Part shown: piece after piece, positions 37,551-47,028 of the stretch | Numbering within the stretch: position 1 is the first letter of the stretch | How the letters are laid out: every line of letters begins with the position of its first letter | Source of the DNA: an uncultured bacterium | GTDB taxonomy: Bacteria > Oederibacteriota > Oederibacteriia > Oederibacteriales > Oederibacteriaceae | Length of the DNA stretch: 64,000 bases | Reading direction: 5' to 3' | Assembly (NCBI GenBank): GCA_965112635.1 | Contig: OZ218778.1 | Location: 800,001-864,000 of the forward strand | Notes under the pieces: model-generated | Told to the model about the DNA's origin: nothing | The model's database searches: none | Seen by the model: the letters and a program-made list of their open reading frames with translations, nothing else | Position numbers and translations under genes: made by a program

Positions 37551-38571
37551 GACGCTGGGCTTACTTATTTTTGTGGCACTCCTGGTCTACAGCCTGACCG
37601 GCGGGGCAGACCTCGGGATAGGCGTCTGGGACCTCTTGGCCCTGGGGCCCAGGGCCCAGAAACAGCGGCAGACCATGCAACAGGCCATGGGCCCGGTCTG
37701 GGAAGCCAACCACGTGTGGCTCATCCTTTCCGTGGTCCTGATGTTCGTGGCGTTCCCCGGAGGTTTCAGCGCGATGTCCACGGCCTTGTTCATCCCCCTG
37801 ACGCTGATGCTTTTGGGGCTGGTGCTGCGGGGTTCCGCGTTCGCCTTCAGGCATTTTGACGCCCATGAAAACAGGAACAACAGATCATGGAACATGGTTT
37901 TCGGGATGGGAAGCGTTTTGGCGGCTCTGGCCATGGGCCTCATAGCCGGGGCCATGGCCGGCGGAGGCATCAGACTGGACAGCCAGTCCAGGCAGGTTTT
38001 GTCCGGGCCCTGGGAGTCCTGGCTGGGGCCGTTCCCCGTGATGATGGCTTTGCTGGCCGTCGGGATGTTCAGTTTAGTGGCGGGGAATTATCTCCTGTTG
38101 GAAACCAAGGACAGAAAACTAAAGAACGATTTCCGCAAGCGCGCTCTCGGGTCCGCCATAGCGACCGGATTGATCCTAACGGCCTGCGCTCTGACCGCGG
38201 CTGGTTATGCCCCGGACTTTTACAGGAGCCTGAGCCAAGGCATGGTTTCCGTCGGCCTGCATTTATTGCTGGAACTGGCGGTCGTTGGGGAGATCTGGGC
38301 CCTCTGGTCCAGGAGAAACAGGCTGGCCAGGCTGCTGGTCTGGCTGGTCGCCGGGCTGGTCTGGGCCGAATGGGTCGGCGCGCAGTTCCCGTGCCTTATA
38401 GTGCCGGACCTGGTGTTCAGCGCCTGCGCAGCGCCACCCTCATTTTTAGCGCCCCTGCTCATCGCCCTTGGCCTGGGGTCTCCTCTGCTGGTCGTGTGTT
38501 TCGTGTATCTTTTCCGGACGTTCAAAAAACAGCAGTTCTCCGGAATTTTTTCAATCAAAATAGATGAGTAA
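37543..38571 (+). CDS. cydB: Cytochrome bd oxidase subunit II
   Basis: GADLGIG, GPVWEANHVWLI, LRGSAFAFR; overlaps cydA. Confidence 0.92.
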   Translation: MAETLGLLIFVALLVYSLTGGADLGIGVWDLLALGPRAQKQRQTMQQAMGPVWEANHVWLILSVVLMFVAFPGGFSAMSTALFIPLTLMLLGLVLRGSAFAFRHFDAHENRNNRSWNMVFGMGSVLAALAMGLIAGAMAGGGIRLDSQSRQVLSGPWESWLGPFPVMMALLAVGMFSLVAGNYLLLETKDRKLKNDFRKRALGSAIATGLILTACALTAAGYAPDFYRSLSQGMVSVGLHLLLELAVVGEIWALWSRRNRLARLLVWLVAGLVWAEWVGAQFPCLIVPDLVFSACAAPPSFLAPLLIALGLGSPLLVVCFVYLFRTFKKQQFSGIFSIKIDE

Positions 38572-38926
38572 ATCCGACCGCCTGGTCTATTCCACGGACC
38601 CTGCCCAGAATATCCGCTGTCCCAAGTGCAAAGAGCTTTTAGCTGCCTGCCGATGCGCTCCGAAAGCTGAACCCAAAACCGGTAACTACATTGCCCATCT
38701 GAGGATAGAAAGAACAGGACGCCAGGGCAAGACCGTGACCGTCATCGACGGCCTGCCCAAGATGGAGATCTTTTTGAAACCCCTGTGCAGGGAGCTCAAG
38801 GAAAAATGCGGGGCCGGAGGAACTTTCAAGATGGACAAAAAAGACGGGGTCATCGAAATCCAGGGGGATAATCGTGATAAAATCAGGGTATATCTGGCGA
38901 AAAAAAATATACGGACCAAAGGCTGA
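38564..38926 (+). CDS. yciH: YciH/SUI1-family translation factor
   Basis: LVYSTD, GRQGKTVTVI.GL, LK.KCGAGG, IEIQGD. Confidence 0.88.
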   Translation: MSKSDRLVYSTDPAQNIRCPKCKELLAACRCAPKAEPKTGNYIAHLRIERTGRQGKTVTVIDGLPKMEIFLKPLCRELKEKCGAGGTFKMDKKDGVIEIQGDNRDKIRVYLAKKNIRTKG

Positions 38927-38956
38927 ATACCCTTATTAAATCAGGAGAAAAGTGGA

Positions 38957-40045
38957 ATGGCTAAAAAGTTCCTTGTCTTAATATTAATCCTTGCCGCAGG
39001 GCCAGGATTTGTCCTGGCCGAAACAAGCGGGAGCCCTGCCACGGACAAGGAAATTCTGGACCTAGGTAAAGCCTTAAAAGACAAGGACTGGTCTGTCCGC
39101 AACCAAGCCGCCCTATCTTTGGCCAAGTTCGGGCCCCGAGCGGTCAAGGCCGTGCCTGCCCTTATCCAAGCGGCTAAAGACGAGAACAGCACGGTGCGGG
39201 AAAACGCCATTTACAGCCTGGGAAAGGTCGGAGAGGGAGCGAGCGAAGCCGTCCCTGTCCTCATCAAGGCCTTAAAAGACTTTGACCATGCCAAGATCAG
39301 GGAGAACGCAGGGCTGGCCCTGGGGCTTATCGGACCCAAGGCGGGCGAGTCCGTGACGGTCCTGGTCGAAACCCTGAAGGACGAAGATTATAAGGTCGCG
39401 GATAAAGCCGCTTTTGCCCTAGGCAGGATGGGAACAGCAGGCCAAAAAGCCGTTCCCGCCCTGATCGAGTCCCTAAGGGAAGATAATGCCGAACTCCGTT
39501 ACAGCGCCTCTCTCGCTTTAAAATCGCTGGGACCAGGAGCAGCGCCTCTTTTACTGGAAGCGCTCAGGGACCAGAACAAAAATTTCAGGAGAGACGCGGC
39601 CAGGGTTTTGGTGGACTTGGGGCCGCCCTGCCTCACCTTTTACGCCGGCGTCCTCAAAGAACAGAACAGAGGCACCCTGACCAGGATCGTGGTGGCCAAG
39701 AAGATATTGACCGCCGACCCCGCGCTGCTGACCGTGCCGCTGCCAGACCCGGACCGGAACAGTTTTATCCGCTACGAAGTCATCCGGGCCCTGGCCAAGA
39801 TTGGGCCGGCCGCAGTCCCGGCTTTGACCGAGGCCCTGACCAATAAATACAGCGACTGCCGCTACTACGCGGCCCAGGCCCTGGGGAACCTCAAAGCCGC
39901 GGGGGCGCCGGCCGTGGACCATCTGACCAAGGCGCTGAACGATGAGGACCCCGCTGTCAGGGTCAAAGCCCTGGAAGCCCTTAAAAAAATAGATACTCCC
40001 CAGGCGCGCGAGGCTGTCCGCGCCCTGGAAAGAGGAGAAAAGTGA
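38957..40045 (+). CDS. Exported HEAT/PBS-lyase repeat protein
   Basis: Signal peptide and repeated AVPALI.ALKD....VR..AA.ALG. Confidence 0.85.
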   Translation: MAKKFLVLILILAAGPGFVLAETSGSPATDKEILDLGKALKDKDWSVRNQAALSLAKFGPRAVKAVPALIQAAKDENSTVRENAIYSLGKVGEGASEAVPVLIKALKDFDHAKIRENAGLALGLIGPKAGESVTVLVETLKDEDYKVADKAAFALGRMGTAGQKAVPALIESLREDNAELRYSASLALKSLGPGAAPLLLEALRDQNKNFRRDAARVLVDLGPPCLTFYAGVLKEQNRGTLTRIVVAKKILTADPALLTVPLPDPDRNSFIRYEVIRALAKIGPAAVPALTEALTNKYSDCRYYAAQALGNLKAAGAPAVDHLTKALNDEDPAVRVKALEALKKIDTPQAREAVRALERGEK

Positions 40046-40590
40046 AAAAGTACTCTGAGATCCTGGAAATCATCAAAGGCGACCTGTATCCCCGCGAAAA
40101 GGTCTACTGGCTGGGCCAGCCGAAGCCTGAGTTAAAAGTCCATCTGGTGGACCTGCTGCCCCTGATGGCGGGCCTGTGCATCTTCATTTTGGGTATCGTG
40201 ACCTGCGTCCACGCGGTCCTTCACCAGGGCCATCTCCAGGGGGGTCTCTTGGGCCAAAACGGGATATTTTTCGCGGGAGCGGTGGTGATCTTTTCCGGGA
40301 TCCTGGTCGCTTTGGGCAAGCCGATCTCCTTTTATTTCCGGCAGAGGAACATGTATTACGCGCTGACCAACCTGCGCATCCTCATCGAGGTAAGACGCTC
40401 GGCTAAGAACAAAGAAGTCAGATCGCTCCTGGTCAAAGAGATCAAGAACGCGGAACCGCTGATGGGGAAAAGGGGACAGGGGACCATCCAGTTCATCCCC
40501 AGTGAATATTTCGAAGGAGAAAAGTTCGCCTTTGAAAACATCATGGACGCGGACAAAGTTTACGAATTGATCACGGACATGAAATCCTGA
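40042..40590 (+). CDS. Two-TM membrane protein with bacterial PH-like domain
   Basis: E.V.W.GQP start, two TM helices, YALTNLRILI. Confidence 0.6.
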   Translation: MKKYSEILEIIKGDLYPREKVYWLGQPKPELKVHLVDLLPLMAGLCIFILGIVTCVHAVLHQGHLQGGLLGQNGIFFAGAVVIFSGILVALGKPISFYFRQRNMYYALTNLRILIEVRRSAKNKEVRSLLVKEIKNAEPLMGKRGQGTIQFIPSEYFEGEKFAFENIMDADKVYELITDMKS

Positions 40591-40614
40591 AAGGTCTGAA
40601 AAGGAAGCCTCGGT

Positions 40615-41856
40615 TTGATACAAAAACATAAACTCTTCAGGGTCTATTTTTATATACTGGTCCTGCCTCTGTTCATCCATTTTATCCCTTATTTCAGCAG
40701 CTTTTTCTATAGAAGCCCCGCGCTATCCCTTATCTTATCCGTGATTCCCTGGATAGGGCTGGCCATCTTGGGGTTTATGGGGCTCAAGCTCAACCAGAGC
40801 CGGTTTTTCCTGTCCTCCCTGATCCTGCTGGCCAGCTATTTTGCCCTGACCAACCCCGGCCTTTTCCTATGGATGAAGCTTGGACCCGGAGAGGTGCGCA
40901 ACATCCTCGGCGTCGCCTTGCCCCTGTCGCTGACCTTTGTTTTCCTCCTCAAGGAAAGCCCTTTAAGGGGAAGCCCGGGTCTGTTGCGGGCCTTGTTCAT
41001 CCTGGGTCCCTTCGCGGTCCTGGGAGGGATGTTCTTCCTTTATCAGGAGGCCTACCTGAAGATCATGGAGTTCAATTTTTATGTTTTGAAAGACCTCATC
41101 AAGTTCCCGCACGCCGCCCTTATTTCCATTTTTATTTTTGGCTTCACGGCTTTTTCCTTGAAGGACAAAAAAGTGAATCTTTTCGTGGAGGCTCTGTTCC
41201 TGGCGCAGCTCCCGGTCTATTTCATCCTGGCCCTGGACGCGGGACCGGGAGCGCCCAAGCCTCTTTTGGGGCTTTGCTGGACCGCGGTCTGCGGGGTGCT
41301 GTTGCACGCCATGTTCACGCTCTACTGGCAGAGGGTGTACCTGGACGAACTGACCGGTGTCCCCAACCGAAGGGCCCTGGAAGAACACCTGGTCCATCTG
41401 CCCGAGAAATATGTCCTGGCCATGATCGATATTGACCATTTCAAGAATTTCAACGACCTCTACGGGCATGACCAGGGCGACCATGTCCTCAGACTGGTGG
41501 CGCGGCATCTGGCCAAAGAACTGGACAACAAAGCCTACCGCTACGGCGGGGAAGAGTTCTGCGCGCTCCTGCCGGACAGTTCCATGGCAGAGGCCGACCG
41601 TATGGCGGAAAAGGCGCGTGCCCGGCTGGAGAGAAGGATCTTCCACATCCGGCCCTCCAGGGAGAATAAAGCGGAGGCCGGAGAGGACGCGGGCAAGAAT
41701 TCAGCGGCCCGGCACCAGGTCAAGATCACGGTCAGCATGGGTTTGGCCAGCCCCGATAAAAACCACAAGACACCCCTGGAAGTTTTGAGCTGGGCGGACC
41801 AGGCCTTGTACCAAGCCAAAGCAGACGGCAGGAACTGCGTCCGGGTGGCCTCGTAA
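40615..41856 (+). CDS. Polytopic membrane diguanylate cyclase (GGDEF)
   Basis: About 8 TM helices, then DELTG..NRR, DIDHFK..ND.YGH..GD, RYGGEEF, ADQALY.AK..GRN; no RxxD I-site. Confidence 0.92.
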   Translation: MIQKHKLFRVYFYILVLPLFIHFIPYFSSFFYRSPALSLILSVIPWIGLAILGFMGLKLNQSRFFLSSLILLASYFALTNPGLFLWMKLGPGEVRNILGVALPLSLTFVFLLKESPLRGSPGLLRALFILGPFAVLGGMFFLYQEAYLKIMEFNFYVLKDLIKFPHAALISIFIFGFTAFSLKDKKVNLFVEALFLAQLPVYFILALDAGPGAPKPLLGLCWTAVCGVLLHAMFTLYWQRVYLDELTGVPNRRALEEHLVHLPEKYVLAMIDIDHFKNFNDLYGHDQGDHVLRLVARHLAKELDNKAYRYGGEEFCALLPDSSMAEADRMAEKARARLERRIFHIRPSRENKAEAGEDAGKNSAARHQVKITVSMGLASPDKNHKTPLEVLSWADQALYQAKADGRNCVRVAS

Positions 41857-41871
41857 GAAAACGGAGAAAAG

Positions 41872-43008
41872 ATGCGTTTAACCGATTACAGGATCTTAAA
41901 AAGAAAAAAGAACGCGGAGCCTGGATCAGACAGGATCCTGCTGTCCCAACCGAAGATCGGCTCCCTGAAAACCTTTTGGCCCGCGGTCCGTCGCTGCGGA
42001 AAGAACGACAAGATCTTTTTTATCGCTGACCGGACTGCCCTGGCGAAACTGGGAAGCTTTTTGCCGGGGCAGCCTATGGGGCCGTGCGGATGGGTGGCGG
42101 AATGCAGCGAAGAGCGGGTCAAGCAGCTGACCCACCAGGCGGAAAAGGAAAAGGCCGGACTGCTGGTCGGCGTGGGCGGAGGAAAAAGCCTGGATACGAC
42201 CAAGCTGGTCGGAGAAAAAACCGGACTGCCCCTCATACTGATACCCAGCAGCAGCGCCACCTGCGCGGCTTTTTCTCCCGTGGCTGTGGTCTATCACGAG
42301 ACCCACGAGTTTAGGGAGGTGGTCGACCTGGCCAAGCCCGGCAGCGTGGTCCTCGTTGACCTTGACCTTATTTTTGATTGCCCGCCCCGTTATCTGGCCG
42401 CAGGGATGGCAGACAGCCTGGCCAAATGGGTGGAGGCCAGGGCAGTTTTGTACAGCGCAGAGGCCGGCAGGCAAGATGGCCGGAACGAGACTGGAAACGT
42501 CCAGGCGGCTTTGGAAACGGCCCGGGATGTTTTTGAAAAGGTCATGGAAAAAGGGGCTAAAGCCTTTAAGGACCAGTCTAAACAACGCCGCAGTACGGAA
42601 TGGGAAGAGGCGGCCCAGGCGAACCTATTGTTGAGCGGGATGGTCAGTTTTATGGGGGGCAGGGGTTTCCCGGCAGGGCTGGCCCATTCCTTTGCCAACG
42701 GGTTGACCGTTTTGCCCCAGGCTGGCCATATCCTGCATGGGGAGGCTGTGGGGCTGGGCCTTTTGCTGGAAGAAACGCTTTTGGCCGAGCGCTGCCCGGC
42801 TTTGCCTAATTTAAGGGAAGATTTGAAGGGTTTTTTTAAACAAACAGGATTACCTTGCACCCTCCAGGAAGCGGGATTGCGGGGATTTTCACCGGAGTGG
42901 ACCGCTGGTGTAGCCGATAAAATGCTGGCTGCCGGAGAAAGCCTGTATTCTTTGGGGTTCAAAATAAGCAAGGAGGAGTTGCTGGGTCTGTTGGAAAACA
43001 CGGTTTAG
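41872..43008 (+). CDS. Glycerol dehydrogenase-like iron/zinc-containing alcohol dehydrogenase
   Basis: GVGGGKSLD..K, ATCAA.SP, G.ADSLAKW.E, AH, HGEAV. Confidence 0.82.
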   Translation: MRLTDYRILKRKKNAEPGSDRILLSQPKIGSLKTFWPAVRRCGKNDKIFFIADRTALAKLGSFLPGQPMGPCGWVAECSEERVKQLTHQAEKEKAGLLVGVGGGKSLDTTKLVGEKTGLPLILIPSSSATCAAFSPVAVVYHETHEFREVVDLAKPGSVVLVDLDLIFDCPPRYLAAGMADSLAKWVEARAVLYSAEAGRQDGRNETGNVQAALETARDVFEKVMEKGAKAFKDQSKQRRSTEWEEAAQANLLLSGMVSFMGGRGFPAGLAHSFANGLTVLPQAGHILHGEAVGLGLLLEETLLAERCPALPNLREDLKGFFKQTGLPCTLQEAGLRGFSPEWTAGVADKMLAAGESLYSLGFKISKEELLGLLENTV

Positions 43009-43080
43009 AGCCTTGTGGCAAACGACTTTTTTTTATGGTATAAAACCAACACCCAAGCACCGGTCAACTAATTTTCAAGA

Positions 43081-44172
43081 ATGAATAAAATGAGCCGCCA
43101 GAAAAATCCTCATCATACCAACCCGATTTTTTCCAAAGAGATGTATTTCATCTTTGTCATCGCTTTTGTCGTCTTTTCCCTGCTCATCCCAGACTACCGC
43201 CAATCCTTCCTGATCTGCGCCCTGTTCTGCGGGCTGGCTTTTCTGTGGACCCAGCACCGCGGTTCCGTGATCATGACGAAGGTGCAGGAGTTCGATGAAG
43301 AGATCCAGCGGCCCCGCAGCGCAGCCGAGGGAGAACTGTTCCAAAAAGTCAGGGCGATCATCGTCAATTTCCAGAAAAATCCCAGACTGATCGCGCATTC
43401 TATTTTTTCCGCGGAGATGTGGTTCTTTCTGCTCAGTGTTTTTGTGATCTTTGCCATTTTGGCCCCACCTTTCCGCCAGGTCTTTCTTATCTGCGCCTTA
43501 TTGAGCGGGGCGGGATTTCTCTGGGTGGACCGGCGAGCCCTGAAGGTCATGGGCAGGGTGGAGGAGTTCACAAAAGAGATCCGAACGCTCGGTTTTTTTG
43601 AGGACGGAAAGCTTTTTGAAGAAGCCAAGGAACGGTACCAGACCCTGCTGGGCAAGTACAGGAACATTCCCGAGTTCTCCTGGATCATCAAGGTCAGTTT
43701 GCAGCGTTTGGAGACGGGCTATCAAGAGAAGTTGCAGAAGACGCGGATGAAACAGGAAGAGGTCATCGCACGCCAGTCCGCCGTAGAAAAAGAAAAAATC
43801 GACAGCGCCAAGAGCTTCGGGTTCGACGAGAAGAAAGACCGCCGCCGTCACCCCCGGTATCCCGTAGCCCTCACGGTCGGTTCGATCACTTCCATGAGCG
43901 AACCCGGGCAGAGCTATGAAGGCCAGGTCAAAAATCTCAGCCTCAGCGGAGCCCTCATTGAAAGTTTGCGTGAATTCAATTCCGGCGATACCGTCATGAT
44001 TTCGGGCATCCCTCTTCCTGAAAATGGGGAGTTGAAGGATATTTTTGCCAGGGTCGTCCGGGTAGCCGGTCCGGTCAGCCATCTAGCAGGATTAGAGTTC
44101 CTCTATATGACCGACCATGACGTGAGCACCATCGATTGTTTCCTCAAAAAGAGCAATACCCAGCCAGAATAA
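43081..44172 (+). CDS. Membrane protein with a duplicated TM hairpin and C-terminal PilZ domain
   Basis: DRRRHPR (RxxxR) and NLSLSG (D/NxSxxG) PilZ motifs; two similar N-terminal TM units. Confidence 0.82.
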   Translation: MNKMSRQKNPHHTNPIFSKEMYFIFVIAFVVFSLLIPDYRQSFLICALFCGLAFLWTQHRGSVIMTKVQEFDEEIQRPRSAAEGELFQKVRAIIVNFQKNPRLIAHSIFSAEMWFFLLSVFVIFAILAPPFRQVFLICALLSGAGFLWVDRRALKVMGRVEEFTKEIRTLGFFEDGKLFEEAKERYQTLLGKYRNIPEFSWIIKVSLQRLETGYQEKLQKTRMKQEEVIARQSAVEKEKIDSAKSFGFDEKKDRRRHPRYPVALTVGSITSMSEPGQSYEGQVKNLSLSGALIESLREFNSGDTVMISGIPLPENGELKDIFARVVRVAGPVSHLAGLEFLYMTDHDVSTIDCFLKKSNTQPE

Positions 44173-44196
44173 ACCAGATTTGAGAAGGAGGCAGGC

Positions 44197-45540
44197 ATGA
44201 AAAGAAGCTTTTACGGATTGCTGATGGTCATGATGGCAGGATGTATCGCGACCGCGGAGGCCGAAATCGCGGTCACGGTCTATAACCAGAACCTGGGAGT
44301 GGTCAGGGAGGTCAGGCCTTTTGAGTTGAGCGAAGGGGTCCACAACCTGCTCTTCAAAGAGGTCGCGGCCCAGATAGACCCCACCTCCGTGAGCCTTACC
44401 GGTCCGGAGGGTTTCAAAGTGCTTGAACAGAACTATGATTTTGACTTGGTCTCTTCCGATAAACTCCTGGGGAAATACCTAGGCAAAAAGCTTTCCCTTG
44501 TGGACAAAAGCGGGAAAACCTTTGAAGGGCCGCTGCTTTCTTTTGACGGGGGCCAGATCGTCCTGGGGACCGAAGGCGGCGGAGCGAAGATGCTTTCCCG
44601 TCCTGAAATGGTTCAGATGGATTTTCCGTCCCTGCCGGGCGGGCTGATCACCGAACCTACTTTGGCCTGGATGGTCCGTTCGCCGGTCAGCGGGACCAAG
44701 GACCTGACCCTGACCTATATGACCGGCGGGATCAACTGGCATTGTGAATACGTGGCTTTAGTGGCACCGGACGAGAAAAACCTGGACCTGACCGGATGGG
44801 TTTCCGTGGATAACCAATGCGGGGCCAGTTTCAAGGAAGCCAAGCTGAAACTCGTGGCCGGCGAGGTGCACCGGGCCGAACCTAACGAAAAGGTCAGAAT
44901 TATGGAGCTTGCCGTTGCTGCCGCTCCGGCCCAAGACCAGGCTTTCCAGGAGAAGTCCTTTTTTGAATACCATTTGTACACCCTTAACCGGCCGGTGGAC
45001 CTGGCCAATGACCAGATCAAACAGGTAGAGCTTTTGAAGGCCGCCAGCGCGGCGGTCCGCAAAGTCTATACCTATGACGCGAGCGTGGACGCCAAAAAAG
45101 TCAAAGTGGAGCTGGAGCTCAAGAACAGCAAGGCGTCGGGGATGGGGTTGCCTCTGCCGGCCGGGAAAATGAGGGTCTATAAGGCCGACACGGACAAAAG
45201 CCTGGAATTCATCGGCGAGGACAGCGTGGACCACACGCCGGTGGACGAGAAGCTCCGGGTGGAGATGGGGAACTCCTTTGATATCATCGGAGAGCACCTG
45301 CAGCTCAAGCAGACCAAGGTCCGCGACAGGGTTTGGGATACTGAAGTAGAGATCAAGTTACGCAACCACCGCAAGGAGACCGCTCAGGTGGTGGCTGTGG
45401 AGCATGCCTGGGGAGACTGGGAGATCACCGCGAAGTCACAGGAGTACTATAAAAAGGACGCCAACACCTTTGAATTTTATCTGGATATTCCCGCGGACAA
45501 AGAAGCGGTCGTGACCTACACCGTCCGGATGGTGCGTTAA
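44197..45540 (+). CDS. DUF4139-domain exported protein
   Basis: Signal peptide, VTVYNQNLGVVRE, LEQNYDFDL, EYHLYTL, LGLPLPAG.RVY-like, FIGED..DHTP. Confidence 0.8.
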   Translation: MKRSFYGLLMVMMAGCIATAEAEIAVTVYNQNLGVVREVRPFELSEGVHNLLFKEVAAQIDPTSVSLTGPEGFKVLEQNYDFDLVSSDKLLGKYLGKKLSLVDKSGKTFEGPLLSFDGGQIVLGTEGGGAKMLSRPEMVQMDFPSLPGGLITEPTLAWMVRSPVSGTKDLTLTYMTGGINWHCEYVALVAPDEKNLDLTGWVSVDNQCGASFKEAKLKLVAGEVHRAEPNEKVRIMELAVAAAPAQDQAFQEKSFFEYHLYTLNRPVDLANDQIKQVELLKAASAAVRKVYTYDASVDAKKVKVELELKNSKASGMGLPLPAGKMRVYKADTDKSLEFIGEDSVDHTPVDEKLRVEMGNSFDIIGEHLQLKQTKVRDRVWDTEVEIKLRNHRKETAQVVAVEHAWGDWEITAKSQEYYKKDANTFEFYLDIPADKEAVVTYTVRMVR

Positions 45541-45561
45541 GGCTGGTCAACCCGCTAAAAC

Positions 45562-46227
45562 CTACTGTTCATCCTTGTGATGCCGGATATCCTTGCCCTT
45601 GACCATAAAGATGACGTCCTCGGCCACATTGGTCGCGTGGTCGCTGATCCTCTCCAAATTGCGGGAGATGAGGATCAGGTCCAGGGACTGGTGGATGATG
45701 CTGGGATCATGCTGCATGATCTTTAACAGCTGGTCGAAGGTCTGCGCCTTGAGCTTGTCCTCTTCGTCGTCCATTTGCAGGACCTGGCGGGCCAGGGCTT
45801 CGTCCTTGTTGACATAGGCATCCAGGCTTTTCTTGACCATGGCCATGGCCACTTCGGCCATTTTAGGGATGTCAAAAAGCTTTTGCCTGAGCTGGGGCTG
45901 GTCCAGGAGGATCAGGGAGGTCTGGGAAACATTGACCGCCAGGTCGCCCATGCGCTCCAGGTCGGAAATGATCTTCATGGCCGAAGCGATGAAGCGAAGG
46001 TCCACGGCTGCCGGCTGATACAACGCCAGAAGCTTGATGCAATGCTCATCGATGTTCAGCTGCAAGACGTTGACCTGCTGTTCGCGGTTGGCGACCTCTT
46101 TGGCCAGATCGGCCTTGCGTTCCTCCAGCTCCTTGACCGCCAGGTGGATCATTTCCTCCACCAGGCCGCCCATCAGGAGGACCTGTTCTTTGATGACTTT
46201 CAGCTCCTCATCCAAGTGGCGTTCCAT
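45562..46227 (-). CDS. phoU: Phosphate signalling protein PhoU (copy 2)
   Basis: QP.AVDLR, DLERMGD, NLERISDHATNVAE. Confidence 0.95.
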   Translation of the reverse strand: MERHLDEELKVIKEQVLLMGGLVEEMIHLAVKELEERKADLAKEVANREQQVNVLQLNIDEHCIKLLALYQPAAVDLRFIASAMKIISDLERMGDLAVNVSQTSLILLDQPQLRQKLFDIPKMAEVAMAMVKKSLDAYVNKDEALARQVLQMDDEEDKLKAQTFDQLLKIMQHDPSIIHQSLDLILISRNLERISDHATNVAEDVIFMVKGKDIRHHKDEQ

Positions 46228-46248
46228 TGATTCTCCCTTCTTGTCTTT

Positions 46249-47028
46249 TTACCCAAAACGGCCGGTCAAATAATTTTCCGTGCGCTGGTCCTTTGGGTTA
46301 GTAAATATTTCCGAGGTCACGCCGTATTCGATCAAGTCCCCCAAGAGAAAGAACGCCGTGAAATCCGAAATCCTACCGGCCTGCTGCATGTTGTGCGTTA
46401 CGAGGACTATCGTATAGTTTTTTTTCAAATTTTGAAAGAGTTGTTCGATCTTGAGGGTAGAAATCGGGTCCAGGGCCGAACAGGGCTCATCCATGAGCAA
46501 AACCTCGGGTTCCACGGCCAAAAGGCGTGAAATGCAGAGCCGCTGCTGGGATTCCAACGGCAGGGAAAGGGCCGGACGGTGCAGTATATCCTTAACCTGC
46601 TCGAAAAGATCGGTGGCGGCAAGGCTTTTTTCCACGAGTTCATGGAGTTTTTTGCCTCTGGCCATGTCGTGGATCCTGGGGCCGTAAGCCACGTTCTCGT
46701 AGATGGACAGGGGGAAAGGGTTGGGCCGTTGGAAGACCATGCCCATCCGTTTCCTCAGGTCGCGCTTGTCCAGGGAGTAAATATTGGTGTTCTCCAAAAG
46801 GATCTCGCCGGTCAGGTGAAAGCCGGGGATTTTGTCGTTCATGCGGTTGAGGCAGCGGATAAAGGTGGACTTGCCGCAGCCGGACGGCCCGATGATGGCC
46901 GTAATAGCCCGCTCGGTGATCCCCATGGACACACTTTTCAAGGCAGGGAATGAGACATAATTAACGCTGAGATTTTTGGACTCCAGCTTGAAAGCCAGAG
47001 CGGTTTTAACCGAACTTGCCAGAGACAT
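46249..47028 (-). CDS. pstB: Phosphate ABC transporter ATPase PstB with degenerate signature motif
   Basis: [34 protein letters not shown] intact; LSGGQ replaced by LPLES; ends TGRFG. Confidence 0.9.
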   Translation of the reverse strand: MSLASSVKTALAFKLESKNLSVNYVSFPALKSVSMGITERAITAIIGPSGCGKSTFIRCLNRMNDKIPGFHLTGEILLENTNIYSLDKRDLRKRMGMVFQRPNPFPLSIYENVAYGPRIHDMARGKKLHELVEKSLAATDLFEQVKDILHRPALSLPLESQQRLCISRLLAVEPEVLLMDEPCSALDPISTLKIEQLFQNLKKNYTIVLVTHNMQQAGRISDFTAFFLLGDLIEYGVTSEIFTNPKDQRTENYLTGRFG

